Assembly (NCBI GenBank): GCA_030141605.1
Contig: JAQGDQ010000379.1
Span: 1 to 64,000 of the forward strand
Length of the DNA stretch: 64,000 nt
Direction of reading: 5' to 3'
From: Tubiluchus corallicola
Lineage: Eukaryota; Animalia; Priapulida
The position numbers and the translations under genes were made by a program. This document shows, one piece after another, positions 39,101 to 54,100 of the stretch. The notes below the pieces were generated by a model. It saw only the letters and a list, made by a program, of their open reading frames with translations, searched no databases and had not been told where the DNA came from. Position 1 is the stretch's first letter. The number at the start of each line of letters is the position of its first letter.

Positions 39101-42100
39101 TTAGCAATGACTGATAGTAATCGGTATAGATTCTTACAAGATTAGCTTAGAAATGTTAGTGATAAAGTGATTTTCATTATTAAGAAAGTCCAATTTTGGT
39201 TAAAACAACCGAGCAGTTTAGTCATTAGGTAACCACCAGGTGTACAGAAGCGGGCAAGTTTCCATGGTAACACAGCAAAAAATGAAGCAAGCAAACGTAA
39301 TCCTGGTAGATTTATACAAATTTAGAGTCGGCTTACTGTTGCTTTAACTTCATACAAAGTGCGATGTTTCTCGTGGCATAGATTTATTAGCGACGTGATC
39401 AGAATAGTTTCCAATTTAGATCAATGTATCAGGCTGACTAGGATAATATTTTGCTAATGCCAAATCTTATGTAAATAGAAAGCAACTTTCGCTTTTATGC
39501 TTTTTAAAATTTAAAGAGGAACCTGGGTTCTTATTTTACAAATTAATCACCAATTTTTTAACCATCCAACAAATTGTTGTATTTTTTAGAAGTAACTTAG
39601 TTAAATGAAAAATGAAAAATTCTTGCTTCAAAATTACCTTGACTTTGAAAAATGGCTTTACAAATGCACTGAATTAGCTAAAAAAGAAAATTTGCGTTTG
39701 AAAAAAGTTTAATGAAATCCGGCATGATGTGTGCAATCTTTATTAAAAACAAGACTTTTCAACTATCATCTCAAGCTGCACTGAAAACTTTAAAACGATA
39801 ATTGATCTAGCGAAATGTCTTGTATTTAAATTTAAAAACATTTAAAATGTCTAAAAACTATAAACCCCATAAGAAATAGGCTTCTGATGCTCATAAGTTC
39901 GTTGTTGCCTTTTGCCGGAACTGTCTTATTTTATGGTTTTTAAATGTGACGAATTTTAAATTTACACGCTATTAAACTAAGCATTAAAATGCCAGTTATC
40001 ATTTTCAATTAATTTTTAATTACAATAATAACCAGGAATTAAAACAATTAAAATTTCCCAATTTGAAAAACAATAGAAGAAACACGAGGCTTTCACTCTG
40101 TACTGTCTTCAGGACTCTCAATACACGACTTATACTCTTCAATATGATATTACAGCAAATCAGCACATTTCTACTCTTTTGAAACACCCGGTATATGAAA
40201 TGCGCTTGAATTATTACATTATCATGTAGCGGTACGGATCCATGCTAATTAATTTATATCATTAGAGGCAGGAGACTGGGAGTTTAATCTTAACTAATAT
40301 TCAGACAGTGCGACACGTGCAGTGATTAATGAGCAAACACTTCGTCAAGCCAACAACTTATTAAAATTTAATCACAGGAGCTCACAACAGAATAGCTGCT
40401 CAAGCAATAAACATGACTTAAATGAAACTTTAAGCGTTTCTAAACGAGCGGGCAACATTAATGCTGAAAAACAAAGCTTGCTTGAAAGCACTGGCAATGA
40501 AGGAAGTGTTTAAAAACTCTTTGACTTTAAAGACATCACACAACAAAATGCAACTCATCGTGTAAAAGTAGCACAAGGACCAGCGACGCTCAATGATGGC
40601 ACTATAATATTACTAACATATTCAAAATACATTCTTGGCCCAATAAACGTTGATGCAAACATAGAGATTTCTTTGTAAAGCTATGTAAGCAAAAAAGGAC
40701 ATAAAACTTAATTTACAGATACGGCTGACTAGACATTGGAATTTATTTAGCATAATCAACATCACTTAACGTAAAGTGCCAACTAAGGTTCTAAAACTTA
40801 ACTTTTTATCAATGTGCCCTGTTTTTACTTTACCCAATTTCAAAAATTCACTTTTATATCAGCTATATATGCTACACCTTAAATTTAGGATAATACGGTA
40901 TCACATTTAAATAAACGAGCAGAAAGTGTGTTGTTATAATATGTGGCCACCAAAAAATGCTAAAATATAAGAAATTGTGAAAAGCTTGAAACTAAGTACA
41001 CGCAATTTGCTGGGAATCTCCCAGTACTCCCTCAGGCGTCTTGATGTCGTTGAACACTACAAACAAGCACATTGTCTACACACTATCTTTGTATGCATAA
41101 CAGTGCTTTCCTTTTTAAGAAAATGTATTACAAACGTATTTCTAGTTTTTGTTAAACGTATAGTTTGCATGCCTTGTTGTGATGATGACAATCGCTGATT
41201 ACGTGTCACATAATTTGATACATAAATGTGAGCAATAGTTTTAATCTGATTTATCAACATGTTCATGTTCTGGAATTTGGAAATGCTCGTTTCTCAACCA
41301 GTACAGCACATGTGGGTGCGCCATGCTTGTCTTCGCAAAACCTTATTGAACATGCACAGGTTTTACCCTTTGTTGAAGGATTTGGCTTCATTAAAACGAA
41401 AGCAAAGACGCTCAACTGCCCCCAACAATCTGGACAGATCAATAATATATTGAAGTTGGACAGTAAGCTAGAAGATAAATCAAGTGCATTCAAGTGTATT
41501 GGCAAGCAAATACAGCAGAGAAGAGACACGCGTCACAAACGTTTAATTACAACATCGTCATGCAGACAGAGATTGAACAGAAGCTCTTATAACACCAATA
41601 ACGCATGTAGACCAAGCAGTTAATTAATAAATCACGTCAATTAATCAATCTTGCAGTCTGAGAAGGCACTAATGTTGCCATATGATGGGAATATGTGCAC
41701 TTGTGGTTGGTGTGTCACAACTGTAACACTAATGTGTTTGACTAAAATTAAGTCACGTAGATGGTAAATGACTGCAAATTTTGCTTTCTTGTGCAGTAGA
41801 AATAGCCAGCAAGCTGTAGAAATTAATACTGTAATAGTAAAAGGCTTTTCAGCTAGGTGCTACATAAGACATAAGTATGAATAGTAGTGATTGGAAGACT
41901 GATCAGCTAGGTGCTACATAAGACATAAGTATGAATAGTAGTGATTAGAAGGCTGATCAGCTAGGTGCTACATAAGACATAAGTATGAATAGTAGTGATT
42001 AGAAGACTGATCAGCTAGGTGCTACATAAGACATAAGTATGAACAGTAGTGATTAGAAGACTGATCAGCTAGGTGCTACATAAGACATAAGTACGGATAG

Positions 42101-45100
42101 TAGTGATTAGAAGACTGATTAGCTGGGCGCTACATAAGACATAAGTATGAACAGTAGTGATTAGAAGACTGATCAGCTAGGTGCTACATAAGACATAAGT
42201 ATGAATAGTAGTGATTAGAAGACTGATCAGCTAGGTGCTACATAAGACATACGTATGAATAGTAGTCATTAGAAGACTGATCAGCTTGGCCCTACATAAG
42301 ACATAAATATGAACAGTAGTGATTAGAAGACTGATCAGCTAGGTGCTACATAAGACATAAGTATGGATAGTAGTGATTAGAAGACTGATCAGCTTGGCCC
42401 TACATAAGACATAAATATGAACAGTAGTGATTAGAAGACTGATCAGCTAGGTGCTACATAAGACATAAGTATGAATAGTAGTGATTAGAAGACTGATCAG
42501 CTAGGTGCTACATAAGACATAAGTATGAACAGTAGTGATTAGAAGACTGATCAGCTAGGTGCTACATAAGACATAAGTATGAATAGTAGTGATTAGAAGA
42601 CTGATCAGCTAGGTGCTACATAAGACATAAGTATGAATAGTAGTGATTAGAAGACTGATCAGCTAGGTGCTACATAAGACATAAGTATGAACAGTAGTGA
42701 TTAGAAGACTGATCAGCTAGGTGCTACATAAGACATAAGTATGAATAGTAGTGATTAGAAGACTGATCAGCTGGGTGCTACATAAGACATAAGTATGAAC
42801 ATTAGTGCTTAGAAGACTGATCAGCTAGGTGCTACATAAGACATAAGTATGAATAGTAGTGATTAGAAGACTGATCAGCTAGGTGCTACATAAGACATAA
42901 GTATGAATAGTAGTCATTAGAAGACTGATCAGCTGGGCGCTACATAAGACAGAAGTATGAATAGTAGTGGTTAGAAGACTGATCAGCTAGGTGCTACATA
43001 AGACATAAGTATGAATAGTAGTGATTAGAAGACTGATTAGCTGGGCGCTACATAAGACATAAGTATGAACATTAGTGGTTAGAAGACTGATCATCTAGGT
43101 GCTACATAAGACATAAGTATGAATAGTAGTGATTAGAAGACTGATCAGCTAGGTGCTACATAAGACATAAGTATGAACAGTAGTGATTAGAAGACTGATC
43201 AGCTAGGTGCTACATAAGACATAAGTATGAATAGTAGTGATTAGAAGACTGATTAGCTGGGCGCTACATAAGACATAAGTATGAACATTAGTGATTAGAA
43301 GACTGATCATCTAGGTGCTACATAAGACAGAAGTATGAATAGTAGTGATTAGAAGACCAGTTAGGTGCTACATAAGACAGAAGTATGAATAGTAGCGATT
43401 AGAAGACTGATCAGCTAGGTGCTACATAAGACAGAAGTATGAATAGTAGTGATTAGAAGACTGATCAGCTAGGCGCTACATAAGACATAAGTATGAATAG
43501 TAGTGATTAGAAGACTGATTAGCTAGGTGCTACATAAGACATAAGTATGAACAGTAGTGGTTAGAAGACTGATCAGCTAGGTGCTACATAAAACAGAAGT
43601 ATGAATAGTAATGATTAGAAGACTGATCAGCTAGGTGCTAAATAAGACATAAGTATGAATAGTAGTGATTAGAAGACTGATTAGCTGGGCTCAGCCAACT
43701 GAAACTGTCCTAAAAACACTAGCATGAAAAGCCAAACCCTTAAATACAACAACAGTTAACATAAGTGCCCTTATAAAGACAATTTCATTAACATTCTGTA
43801 AGATAAGTACTTAGAAGCTTCCAAACCACAAGAACTGGTAGAAACTTGGATAGAGCTTAATGTGTTATGACACATGTTCAACAGCAATAAGTCTACTTCT
43901 GTCATCAGCTGGTAACAGCGCAAAAATCAGTGATGCATTAGACACGATAAACATGAAGCTGTTGTTGAAAAGTTGTGCGAAGATTGAAAGATCGAACAAA
44001 AGGTTAAATGATCATTGAAGATTATAAACATTCAACTAGAGAATTTTCAGAAGTTTTAGTGCACATGGTGCGGTTTCAATCAGGTTATTACTCACATAAA
44101 ACTCAGCAGTAAAAACTTTAAGATAAATCAATGATGATGGAAACAAACTGTTTTCAAAACATGTTGGCAATTTGGCTGTATGGCAAATTTGTTTAATATG
44201 AGAAGCGAACACCTTGAAGACAGGAATTGCCTGAATGATGATGGATTATTTCCCTGGTGATTGATCAACTGTATTGTAAATTTTTAGTATCTAATTATTT
44301 ATAGCATTTTCTATATTTTGGATTACTTACTTATAATTCTAAAAATTAATACTGTTTCCTAAATAAACTGACAACATTAATTTTCATGCCAACCAGTATG
44401 TAATGATATATTTTCTATATTCGGTAAAGGATAGCAGACTAGGTGACTTTATAGTCTTTTCGCTATTCTTTCTCCTAGTTTTGTAACTATCTATTATAAC
44501 CAGTCTTCACAAATTACTGTTCATCCTGTTATTATCAACTTTCTATTGTACTGCTCAAAAAATATAAACAAATTGAAAATGAATTAAATTGAGTGAATTG
44601 AGTAAAACGGAATTATTTCTAAAATAATCATTTCCAGGAAAACTGCAAAATGTTTACATTTGCACTTCTTAAATACTGAAAGAACGTGTTTTAGTTAAAA
44701 TATATTAGCCAAGATACCAAAAATACGAGGAAGCGCATTTTCCTGTTTGACTAGTGGTATAAACCGACATAAACTGAAAATTTGAATTCAAAGACACTGC
44801 AAACGAGAATCCATAAATGTGTTCATAGTTTGCTTGCAACAAATAATTTTTTCAGTTTGTCCTTTATAGGCTTATTTTAATAATTTAACTTTTCATATTA
44901 TAATTGTGCAAATGAATTGATCTACAAATCTGCGCCACAAAGCAAAATGCAAGAAAATGTTTCAGTTCTTTTACTGTGTCTCCTCGGTCTAATAATTAGA
45001 TTTGTGACATTTTTCCTGATTTGCTTGACTGAGTTTAGCAATCAGCTCAATGCTTTCTTTTGCAGTGAACCTAATTAGATCTTCGATTTTCCCCTGACAG

Positions 45101-48100
45101 CCCAACAACAGCCTGTAAACCTGATGCCTCGCATCGCAACTAAGCTGAAAAACATTAGACTTTTTACAGCATTTAACAAAGCGCAACGCGCATTTCAATG
45201 CAGACAGCGTAAATGATGAGACACGATGGAGACAGGCCCTGGCGAAAGATATCAAAACGAAAAGCTTTTACCATAACCTAATTACATGAGAAATACTTGC
45301 ATAAATAGGACTGGTTGTTACGTGCGTGAACAACAATTGCATTAAATAGCGATACACAAACACGTGAATCCTGAAATAAAAAGAAGCCACTTCACTCAAT
45401 ACGCAGACATACTTGATTTGCAAATAATTTACATTGAATCCACTGGATCCTCATCTCTATTCATAGCTATGATTATATACACACCCGGTATGTGAAAAAG
45501 ACCATTATCGTCCATTTCTTCAGCTCCCATACTGCTGCTCTAACTTGTGAAGATGTTATAAGCACAACACAGACATTATTGCATACCAGCACACTCACAG
45601 CGTGCGAAGCCAACTGTGGCTTGATCAATAGCGTCAGCATAGCTTTCTATAGGCGATTAATTGAAAAAGCACAGTGCCAAAGCATCTACTGCGCAGGACC
45701 TTATCTAACCATACGCTCAGAGGTGCCGGTTCAGATTCCTCAACCGAGCTGTCTAAGTCGGCTGAAACTCACAGTTGTCTGCCAAACTTCAAAGTGGAGC
45801 TTAGATTTCCTAGCAAACGCAGTGACTCAAACTTACACAAATAGTACCTAATTAAAACAGATTTTCAATTTAAATTGAGTTGAAAAATTCAATTTTTTTT
45901 CTAGCGGCACAATACAAATTTCTCAGTGAAGGTGAAGCTATACAGTAAACATAACGATTCTCATTGAGATTGTATAATGAACGTAGACTACACAGTATCC
46001 ACAAAAATTACCATAGGCTACATAATCAATGAGTGGAGATATTTCAGTTAAACCACACACACAGTGAACACTCACCTCTAAGCCAAACCGCCTAGTGAAT
46101 CAATAAAATGTTTTTATAATACATAAAATAGCATAAACAATACATAAATATGGGGTGATGAGGGACAATTCTTACATTTAAACTGCCATAACTTTTTTGT
46201 TAGTTTTTATTCTAAATTGCGTTTAGTATCTAACCCAAGTTTTAAAATCAGTTACTTTAACATCTAGGATAAATTTACAAACTTGGTTAGTAAACATGCG
46301 TTCACATAGCACAATCTGTTACATATCATCAAAAGTCAAAACTCTCTATTCGCGCTATTCTCTTCAATTGACCTCGTGTCTAGAACTAAACCCAGTATTA
46401 AACAGTACTGAAAACAGTCTATGAACCAGTCTTAATACCTTGCTCCCCAACCTGGTAAGCCACCGACACAGGTGTAACATATACTAATTAAGACTTAATC
46501 CCATATTTATTTATTAGGGCCACATGGTAAACTGAGAGTGATGATAAGGAGAAAATTCTCAACCACTTATTGGATTAATTCAGATAATGTAGAAGGAACT
46601 AGTATTTCCAATAAAAACGTCTCTACATGCACCTGACAAGTACTCAACTGACTTCATTCATTGGTCAATAAAATTATTTTCTCAGAATCAAATATTATCT
46701 GAAAAAATGGAGACTCAATGTTAGAATAACCAAGTGACATGTTGACTGATTAACCAACCAAGTGAATATTAATTGCAGAAACAATATCTGAAAAACTGAA
46801 ATGACTGAATGTTAAAGTGACAGAGTGACATATTGACTGACTTTCCAACCAGCTACTAATTGCTAAAACAATAGCTGATAAACTGGATTGACTAACATAC
46901 TATGTGACTGACCAATTGACCAACTACCTAATTACTGATCGGACTAACCAACTGACAGTTTGATTAAATAATAAATGGACTACAGGAGAACAAAAAAATA
47001 TGTTAACTGAATGAATGATGGCCTAACTGACTGCTTGATCAATAGACTAATTATTAATACAATTAATTGACAATTAATTAAGTGAGACATACACTATTTC
47101 AAAAGACATAGGTTATAAATTGTGCTTTGCATTCAGGAAACATACGAAGCTACATACTCTCAACACTGAATAACATATTTGCTAATGATTAGCAAAGATA
47201 ACTGTCTACAGCTCAAAGCTTAAGTGATCTACTAAGACGTCTACAGCAGTTAAGATACATTTGGCTGGGGTCTCATTACACAAACTATGGCTTCGAGTCT
47301 CTCAAACAGCTGGTTTGGGCTTCAGTTAGCAAAATAACTCTATTAGTTACATTTCCAGTATATTCTACATTATAACAGTTTCACAATTGCTGATCTTTCA
47401 AGGATAAACCAATCTTTCAAAAGCCCATAAAAGGTAAAGTATTTGTCTATACACACCTTTAATACCTTGCATTTAGTAATTTGGAGTACCCGAGTGCGTT
47501 CAAAACACATCCCAGATGATTTTCAGCAAAAAATGTTTAAAGCATTACAAGAAAAGAGTTTTCATTAGCTTAGTAAAGTGAGTAATAAAATGCCCACTAA
47601 TAATAAAGGTTATCAGTTCATCCTGATAAAGTAAACAAAACGAACAGGTTTCTGTTGTTATTTCTTGTTCTTCATGTACAATGTTGCTAAACGAATCCAG
47701 ACTATTCAATAATGTTTGGTTATATGAATTCAAAAACTCAGACTGTCATAATGTTTTACTGCATGCTTTACTGTATCATAAAGACAACTTATTCCAACAA
47801 TGCTTATCTGGTGGGTTTTAACCATGCCACCAAAGTCACATTGCTCTCTAGCAACAAATGAGACCCATCATTCCTTAGACTGCAGAAACAACTTAAATAC
47901 ATTTGTTCGTTTGTTTGATGGTTTAGTGACTTTAGTCGACATGTTTAAATTTGCTTTGTTTGAAATTTTTGATAATTTACAAGTTTATTATATCACTTTT
48001 TCCTTTAAAGTGCATGGGGAAGCAAGAGCCATACAAAATACTGCTCTGCACACGGTGACATAAATTCTATTAACTTTAATGAAATAATATTTTATTTCAC

Positions 48101-51100
48101 TGTCTTTTTTATTAATTAATATGCTTGTCTAATTGTTATGTAGATACAAATTGTACACTTTGTCTTTTGTTTATTGTTTTTGTATTATCCTTGTAGCCAG
48201 AGAACTTTTGTATCAGTTTTAATGTTTTGTCCAAAAGTTGTAAGATACATATGTTTAAACTAAATAATATCTTCTACTCAAATTACATTTTTCTAATACT
48301 TAATCAGTTTTATAAATTTTCTATTTACAGTCAGCAGCTCAGCAAATCGCTCTAACATGAGCAGTAAATACCTATAAAACTTAAATCTGTACTGTGATAA
48401 TCAACAAGCAAGCTGTAAACACTGATTAGTTTTAAGCAGTAAAACACAAGCTGTCTCCATACTGAGAAAATCAATTAAATGCCAAAGCTTAACTTACTTT
48501 TACTGCAACATTAACTAGGGTTTTATGAGACTTGCACCCCATCCAGATGTCGCGACAGGAGTGCCATGTTTAATGCGAGTAAAGTTACTACAGCAAAATT
48601 ATTATTAGCCAGAAAACTAATTACTAATTATTAATGAATTTAATGTTTTACAATCTTTCATCTCCCACATTGAAAGGAAACTCTGAGTATAACAACATCA
48701 ACCGTTGTTTTAACCAATAAATTCTACGCTACTTATCGCTTTGAAGTCAATGTTTAAGAGTTTTACAAGCCACTAATTAATAATTTATGCATTATGTGAC
48801 TTCATGTGTGTTCCAGTGTCTAGGGTTCCAATATCTTCATTATTACAGATAAGATTAACTAAAAGTTCTCAATCTAATGTAATTACTAGATTGTAAAACT
48901 CAAAATTACAAATTAAATGCTATCTGGACCTTTCAATCAATAATTCTGAATTAAAAAGACATTACTAGCAACAAAATGTCATAGAAAGATCATTTCTATG
49001 CAGTAAATTTGAGTGTTGCATAAAAAATTGAAACTTTAAAATTAATTCATCAACATATGTATATTGCACTTCAGAACTAATTTAATGTTAACCGGATCTT
49101 ACAACGAAATTGGAAATTTCATGGCAATTTTCCAGCAACTCAGCACAGAAATACTAAGAAGTGTCAGCCCATGAAAAATATTCACCACCTTAAACAGAAT
49201 TTGAGATGGAATAGAGTTTCGGAAGATAATTTAGCATGTCTCATTAATGCACATTATGTCAAATGTAGCGAACTTGCGATAAACCAAAGTAAAAAATGAT
49301 GACAAAACACGCACATCTTACAACAGTTTATCACTTTTAAATGCATGAAACAGCTATCCGTTACTACAACACAGTGAAATCTGCAGGAATCTTCTAGGAA
49401 CTCTGTTCAGGATCTCAGTAATTATTTGAAGAATTGGTTGGATTTTCACAGCTGCCTATTATTCATTAACTTATGAGCAAATGGTAATCAGTTAGAAAAC
49501 ATTGGTGCCGTAACTTTTGAAAAATTACAATGACAACAACCATTGCAACGATGATGATGAATGTACCAGCGACAATGCTTTGTTTATCAAATAATGCATT
49601 TAAGCTTAGCAACAGTGCATATATGAGCATTAAGCCATTATAGGATTTTAGATTTCCTTAAGAGATTTTAGGAAAAGTAATTTCGCCATCATTTTATTTA
49701 AAAAAAAACCATGTAATATTAAACTTATCCTTTAAGTTTTTAAGCACTTTGAAAATCCTATTTTTACAGTTCATTATATCGGCTATGGCAACACTTAAGA
49801 GGCATAAATACTCAATGTTGGTACTCAGTATATATACACACAGTACATTAGGAAAGGATAAGGGTAGTAGAATAATGTTATAAATCACACAGACCTTAAT
49901 CATGGGTCAGGTGGCCCACAGACTGTGTATAGCATATATCCTTAGTGACCTTAAGTGAAAAAGCACAAGTCAAACTGTTAAAAATGTTTAATGTTAAAAC
50001 GTTGAAAATGAAACCGTCTTCAAACATTACTGATACTCATATAGGAGTAAATATTTTCAGGGTAGTTGTTATTACTTAAAATATTTCTCCAATAATAATG
50101 ATAAGTTATTGGATATTTAAAATGAATTAACATTAAAATGAACAAATGCCTTTTACATACACAAATTCTAACACATAAACAGTACATACACAATTCACTA
50201 TTATAGATAAACCTAAAATCGTAATAATGTACAGTGTATAGAAAAATCACTAGAAAACCACTACTTTAAGTCAATATTAAATTTTTAATTAATTAAAAAG
50301 GCTTTTTTGTAAAAATAAGTTTTACAAAAGGATTTGTACTGTTTAACATTAGACACTTCTTTACGGGCATAAATTAGTATATCGTTTCATAATTTTGGTG
50401 CTGCTTTGCAAAAACTAGGAGATCCATATGTGACTTGATTATAACGTGGCACAACCAAGTGTCGATGAACTAACTAATCTAAGATTAGGTTTGGGCATAT
50501 ATTTCAACATGTCGAATAGACGAGATGGAGATTCAGTATAATGTACTACTTCATAATTTTACAACAGATTCAGAAATTTGAAAATTTGTTCAACTGGGAA
50601 AAACTTCCCAAAAAGCTTAAGTTCCTGTAACATTACCAACTCCGTTACTGTAGTCAAAAAGGACTACATCTAATACTAATACTAATGGTGTGGATTAATC
50701 GTTCAATACTTGCGGCAAAGAAATAGCTGTTATGAAATTATTATGAGGTAGTGCAAAACCATTCGATTTATGTATTAAGTGTCTCATACACCTACATAAT
50801 TATTACATAAAATGCAAATTATAAACATGAATGCTATCATCACAAACAAGGGATGCCATTTTCTACTTGCATCCAATGATGTACTAAATTTTAACTGTTT
50901 GTCATCCAAGGGAACCAGTTTACAAAATCTTAACAACAATTCTAACAATCCGCCAGTACAAACTATTTGCTAGAAGAAAACCAGTGTTGACAGAATCTCA
51001 CTAGGTCACTTCAATCTTGAAATGACTGAAGAAATAAAAACATTGGTAATCAACTGTCACTAAAAATGTAACTTTTATTACGCAGCATTCATGTCTACCT

Positions 51101-54100
51101 TAAAATATTGAATAGCCAATGAAATGCCAGCATTTGTGTGACTAGTGCTTAACCAAACGTAAAGCTGAATTAGCTACCCGCCACCAAACAGAATAAAGCA
51201 AACAAGAGAGGATATACTAGACGGCATGAACAAATACAATGCACATGTATACTGAATCTGTGACTGTGTCAGCGAACAGTACTTGATGGAATAGATTTAT
51301 GAGGAAAGTGCTGTTCAGTATCGACCCAGAAATCTCAGTCAATAAATACAGCTATTGAATTTGAACATGTCACTGCAACATTAAGACCCAGCCTGTCTAA
51401 TCAGTTAAACACTAACCACGGTATTATGGTTGTTCATATTTGCAAAAGCCATGAAACAGCAACGGATTAACCTGCTGAATTAGGCATAGAAATGCTGTGA
51501 CATTCTCCTGCACATTTTAAACTTTTTGAAGAGATATTAGCACCATTAGCACTTTAATGCATGGATGACTAATCTAATCAACAGTTAAATTTTAGAAAGA
51601 AGGAAAGCTCTGAAAAATTGTGAGTCAATCAGGATTTGAACACAGAACCTTGTGGTTTCAAACCACATCTCTGCACATTTTAACTATCAACGTACTTGGC
51701 CAAATCAGGCCTGAAGTCACATACTAGTCAGCATGCAATCAGTCAGAGCCACCTATTTATAGTACAGAGAAACTAATTGATTAATAAGCCATAGACATAG
51801 GTTATCAATTAATTTCTTTTTATTGCAATAGCCCTTACATAAAGTATTGCTGCCTCTGATTGTAATGACTTTGCATTCGTGAAAAAATAAATAAAATAAG
51901 TGCAATTCTCTAATGGTTTTAATTCATCTTTGAAGATTCTGGCCTTGTGTGTATGTGTGTACACATGATTAGTGTGCGCCAAAATGTTGTTATGCAAAAA
52001 ATAAAAATAACAAAAGTTACATCACTTACTCCATGTATAGCCAAACTGGTCCTCTTCTTCGTCATCATCAACTTGAAGTTTGCTGGCACTTTCCATGTCC
52101 AAATCCTAACAACAATTAAGAAAGAACAGTTAACTGTATGCTGAATAAAACTTAGTTAAACTCCATCATGCCTAGCTGGTTGTAAACCTGCTAAAAACTG
52201 ATCATAAATGATTCACTTACTCTTATATTCTCAACTAAAATCAGTAAAATAGTTTATCTAACAAGATTAATAGGAGTAGTACTGGAGTAGGGCTAGTAAA
52301 AAAAGATATGGCAAAAATGATTTGTAATGTGATTGCGGGGAGGCTGTTGTTGAGTATATTTTACCAGGTTTGGCACTCACTAATTACTCTGAACTAGAGT
52401 TAAGCATCTAACACAACATTCAAATTCGAATTCAATTCAAACTAGTGAAATTCAAAGTGAATTTGAATAATTGAATATTATAATTACACTAGCAAAGGCC
52501 CCGCAAAAGATTTTGCGTAAAAAACCCCGTATAATCAATAACACGCGAACATTCTACCTAGTCCTCATTTTTAACACAAAGCCCGTAGCAGCTTTTACTG
52601 AATTACAGCAGCGTAGCAGCTTTTTGCTGAATTAAAGCTATAAGATTATAGACAGAATACAATGGATGACGTCACAACAATGCCTTTGCGTCAGCAGTTT
52701 TCTAAGCGAAAATTGCCGAAAAATAGAACATCTAATTAACTCGCTAGTACTCCTCTCGGTGGACCTGCCCTAACATATAGCCGACATCATTGTGTAGCCC
52801 CGTTCTTCCTCTTTCTAAAGAGCCCCATATCTCCTTCCGAGAGTCCCACCAGGCGCCGCTAGAACGTTTTTTCCGCAGGCTGTTTGGCCAAAATTTCGAG
52901 TTTGGTCCGGGAAAACGCCCGTTGCGGGACCCCGTGGCCCTCTCGGGAATTCTAAATATGCCTACTACACCCACCGCTGAACGGGCTATCTATCCATACC
53001 CAGCACCCCCCTCGACCCATTCCCGTTCTCTACATCTCAGCAAAAAACGCCCGAAAAAGGGCCATTTTTGGAGGTTTTTCGCCCCCCGTTCCTCCCGGTG
53101 GGCCCGATTCGAAAAATAAACCATCAATGAGACGACACTAGATCGAGACCTTTCGTTTGATATATAGATCGCCGCAAATGGTGCCCTCGTCTGGGCTGTA
53201 GCCTCGAATCTTATATATATATTAAGATACCAAGAATATTAATATAATTACATGCATTCTTTATCATCAATCATTCTCAGCTAGCACAATTTACCTGCTA
53301 CCATTGTGCACAATTCTTTAACAAATCATATGTTATAGTTCTTATTGTTTTTTCCACACACTAATAGTTTTATCACTGATTTGATGTCTTTAATAACAAA
53401 TCTGATTCAATTCGGATTTGATTTTTGGTAGTGTTCACTCCTACAAGTCTCTTAATTAGAATCAGTTTAAAAATGTTTAATGAAACCCTCCTGTAAGAGA
53501 AACAGAGTTTTTTTTACTTTTCTGCTGATTTTCAGTTTCTATCTATTCACAATTTATCGCCAGCAGTATATACCACAGACATAATGACATATAGTGATTG
53601 TAACCGTCTTAAATGCCTTTTATCAAATTACAGAAATAAACACATCAGCGAGCTGAATGTCCATGTCATTACAAATTTTTAAATTTGGGTACTCATAGAG
53701 AGAAGCTCGGAACACTGAGCCCTTACTTCTACTGTTTTGCACTCAGCAACATAACCACCTTGATGATTGTGGCAGGACCAGAACATATCTGAAAACAAAG
53801 ACACACTTAGAAATATCAAATACCTCGCGTGCATCTTTTTCTTTTTCCTTTTCTTCCAAATCTTTGGCCGTCAATCTGGAGTGTTTCTTTGGCGACGGCG
53901 ATCTGCCTTGAGGCTTCGCAGGCAGTGCAGGTTTAGGCAGCACTGTTGGTTTAGGCCCAACAGGTGGTGGCTGTTTGGAAGCTGGTGATGTCAAGGCAAC
54001 TGGAGATGATGTAATTGCAGTAGGTGAGGTGGATACAGGTGATATGCTGCTGCTGACCGAGATCTCACTGTCCATAGACGCTTTACTGTCAATTGATGGC

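Noticed and set aside
41228-41623. 131-aa ORF in the large intron as a nested gene
   Set aside because: Non-ATG start, no recognisable domain and no supporting exon structure.
41850-43690. 54-bp array as a CRISPR array, coding repeat or satellite hammerhead ribozyme
   Set aside because: No unique spacers and no cas genes. No ORF is listed over it. It has CTGATCA rather than CTGANGA, and no GAAA core.
51620-51680. tRNA gene
   Set aside because: Only a degenerate B-box-like motif with no cloverleaf. At best a SINE remnant.
52744-53119. GC-rich overlapping ORFs as a nested gene
   Set aside because: They lie inside the Helitron and have no recognisable domain.
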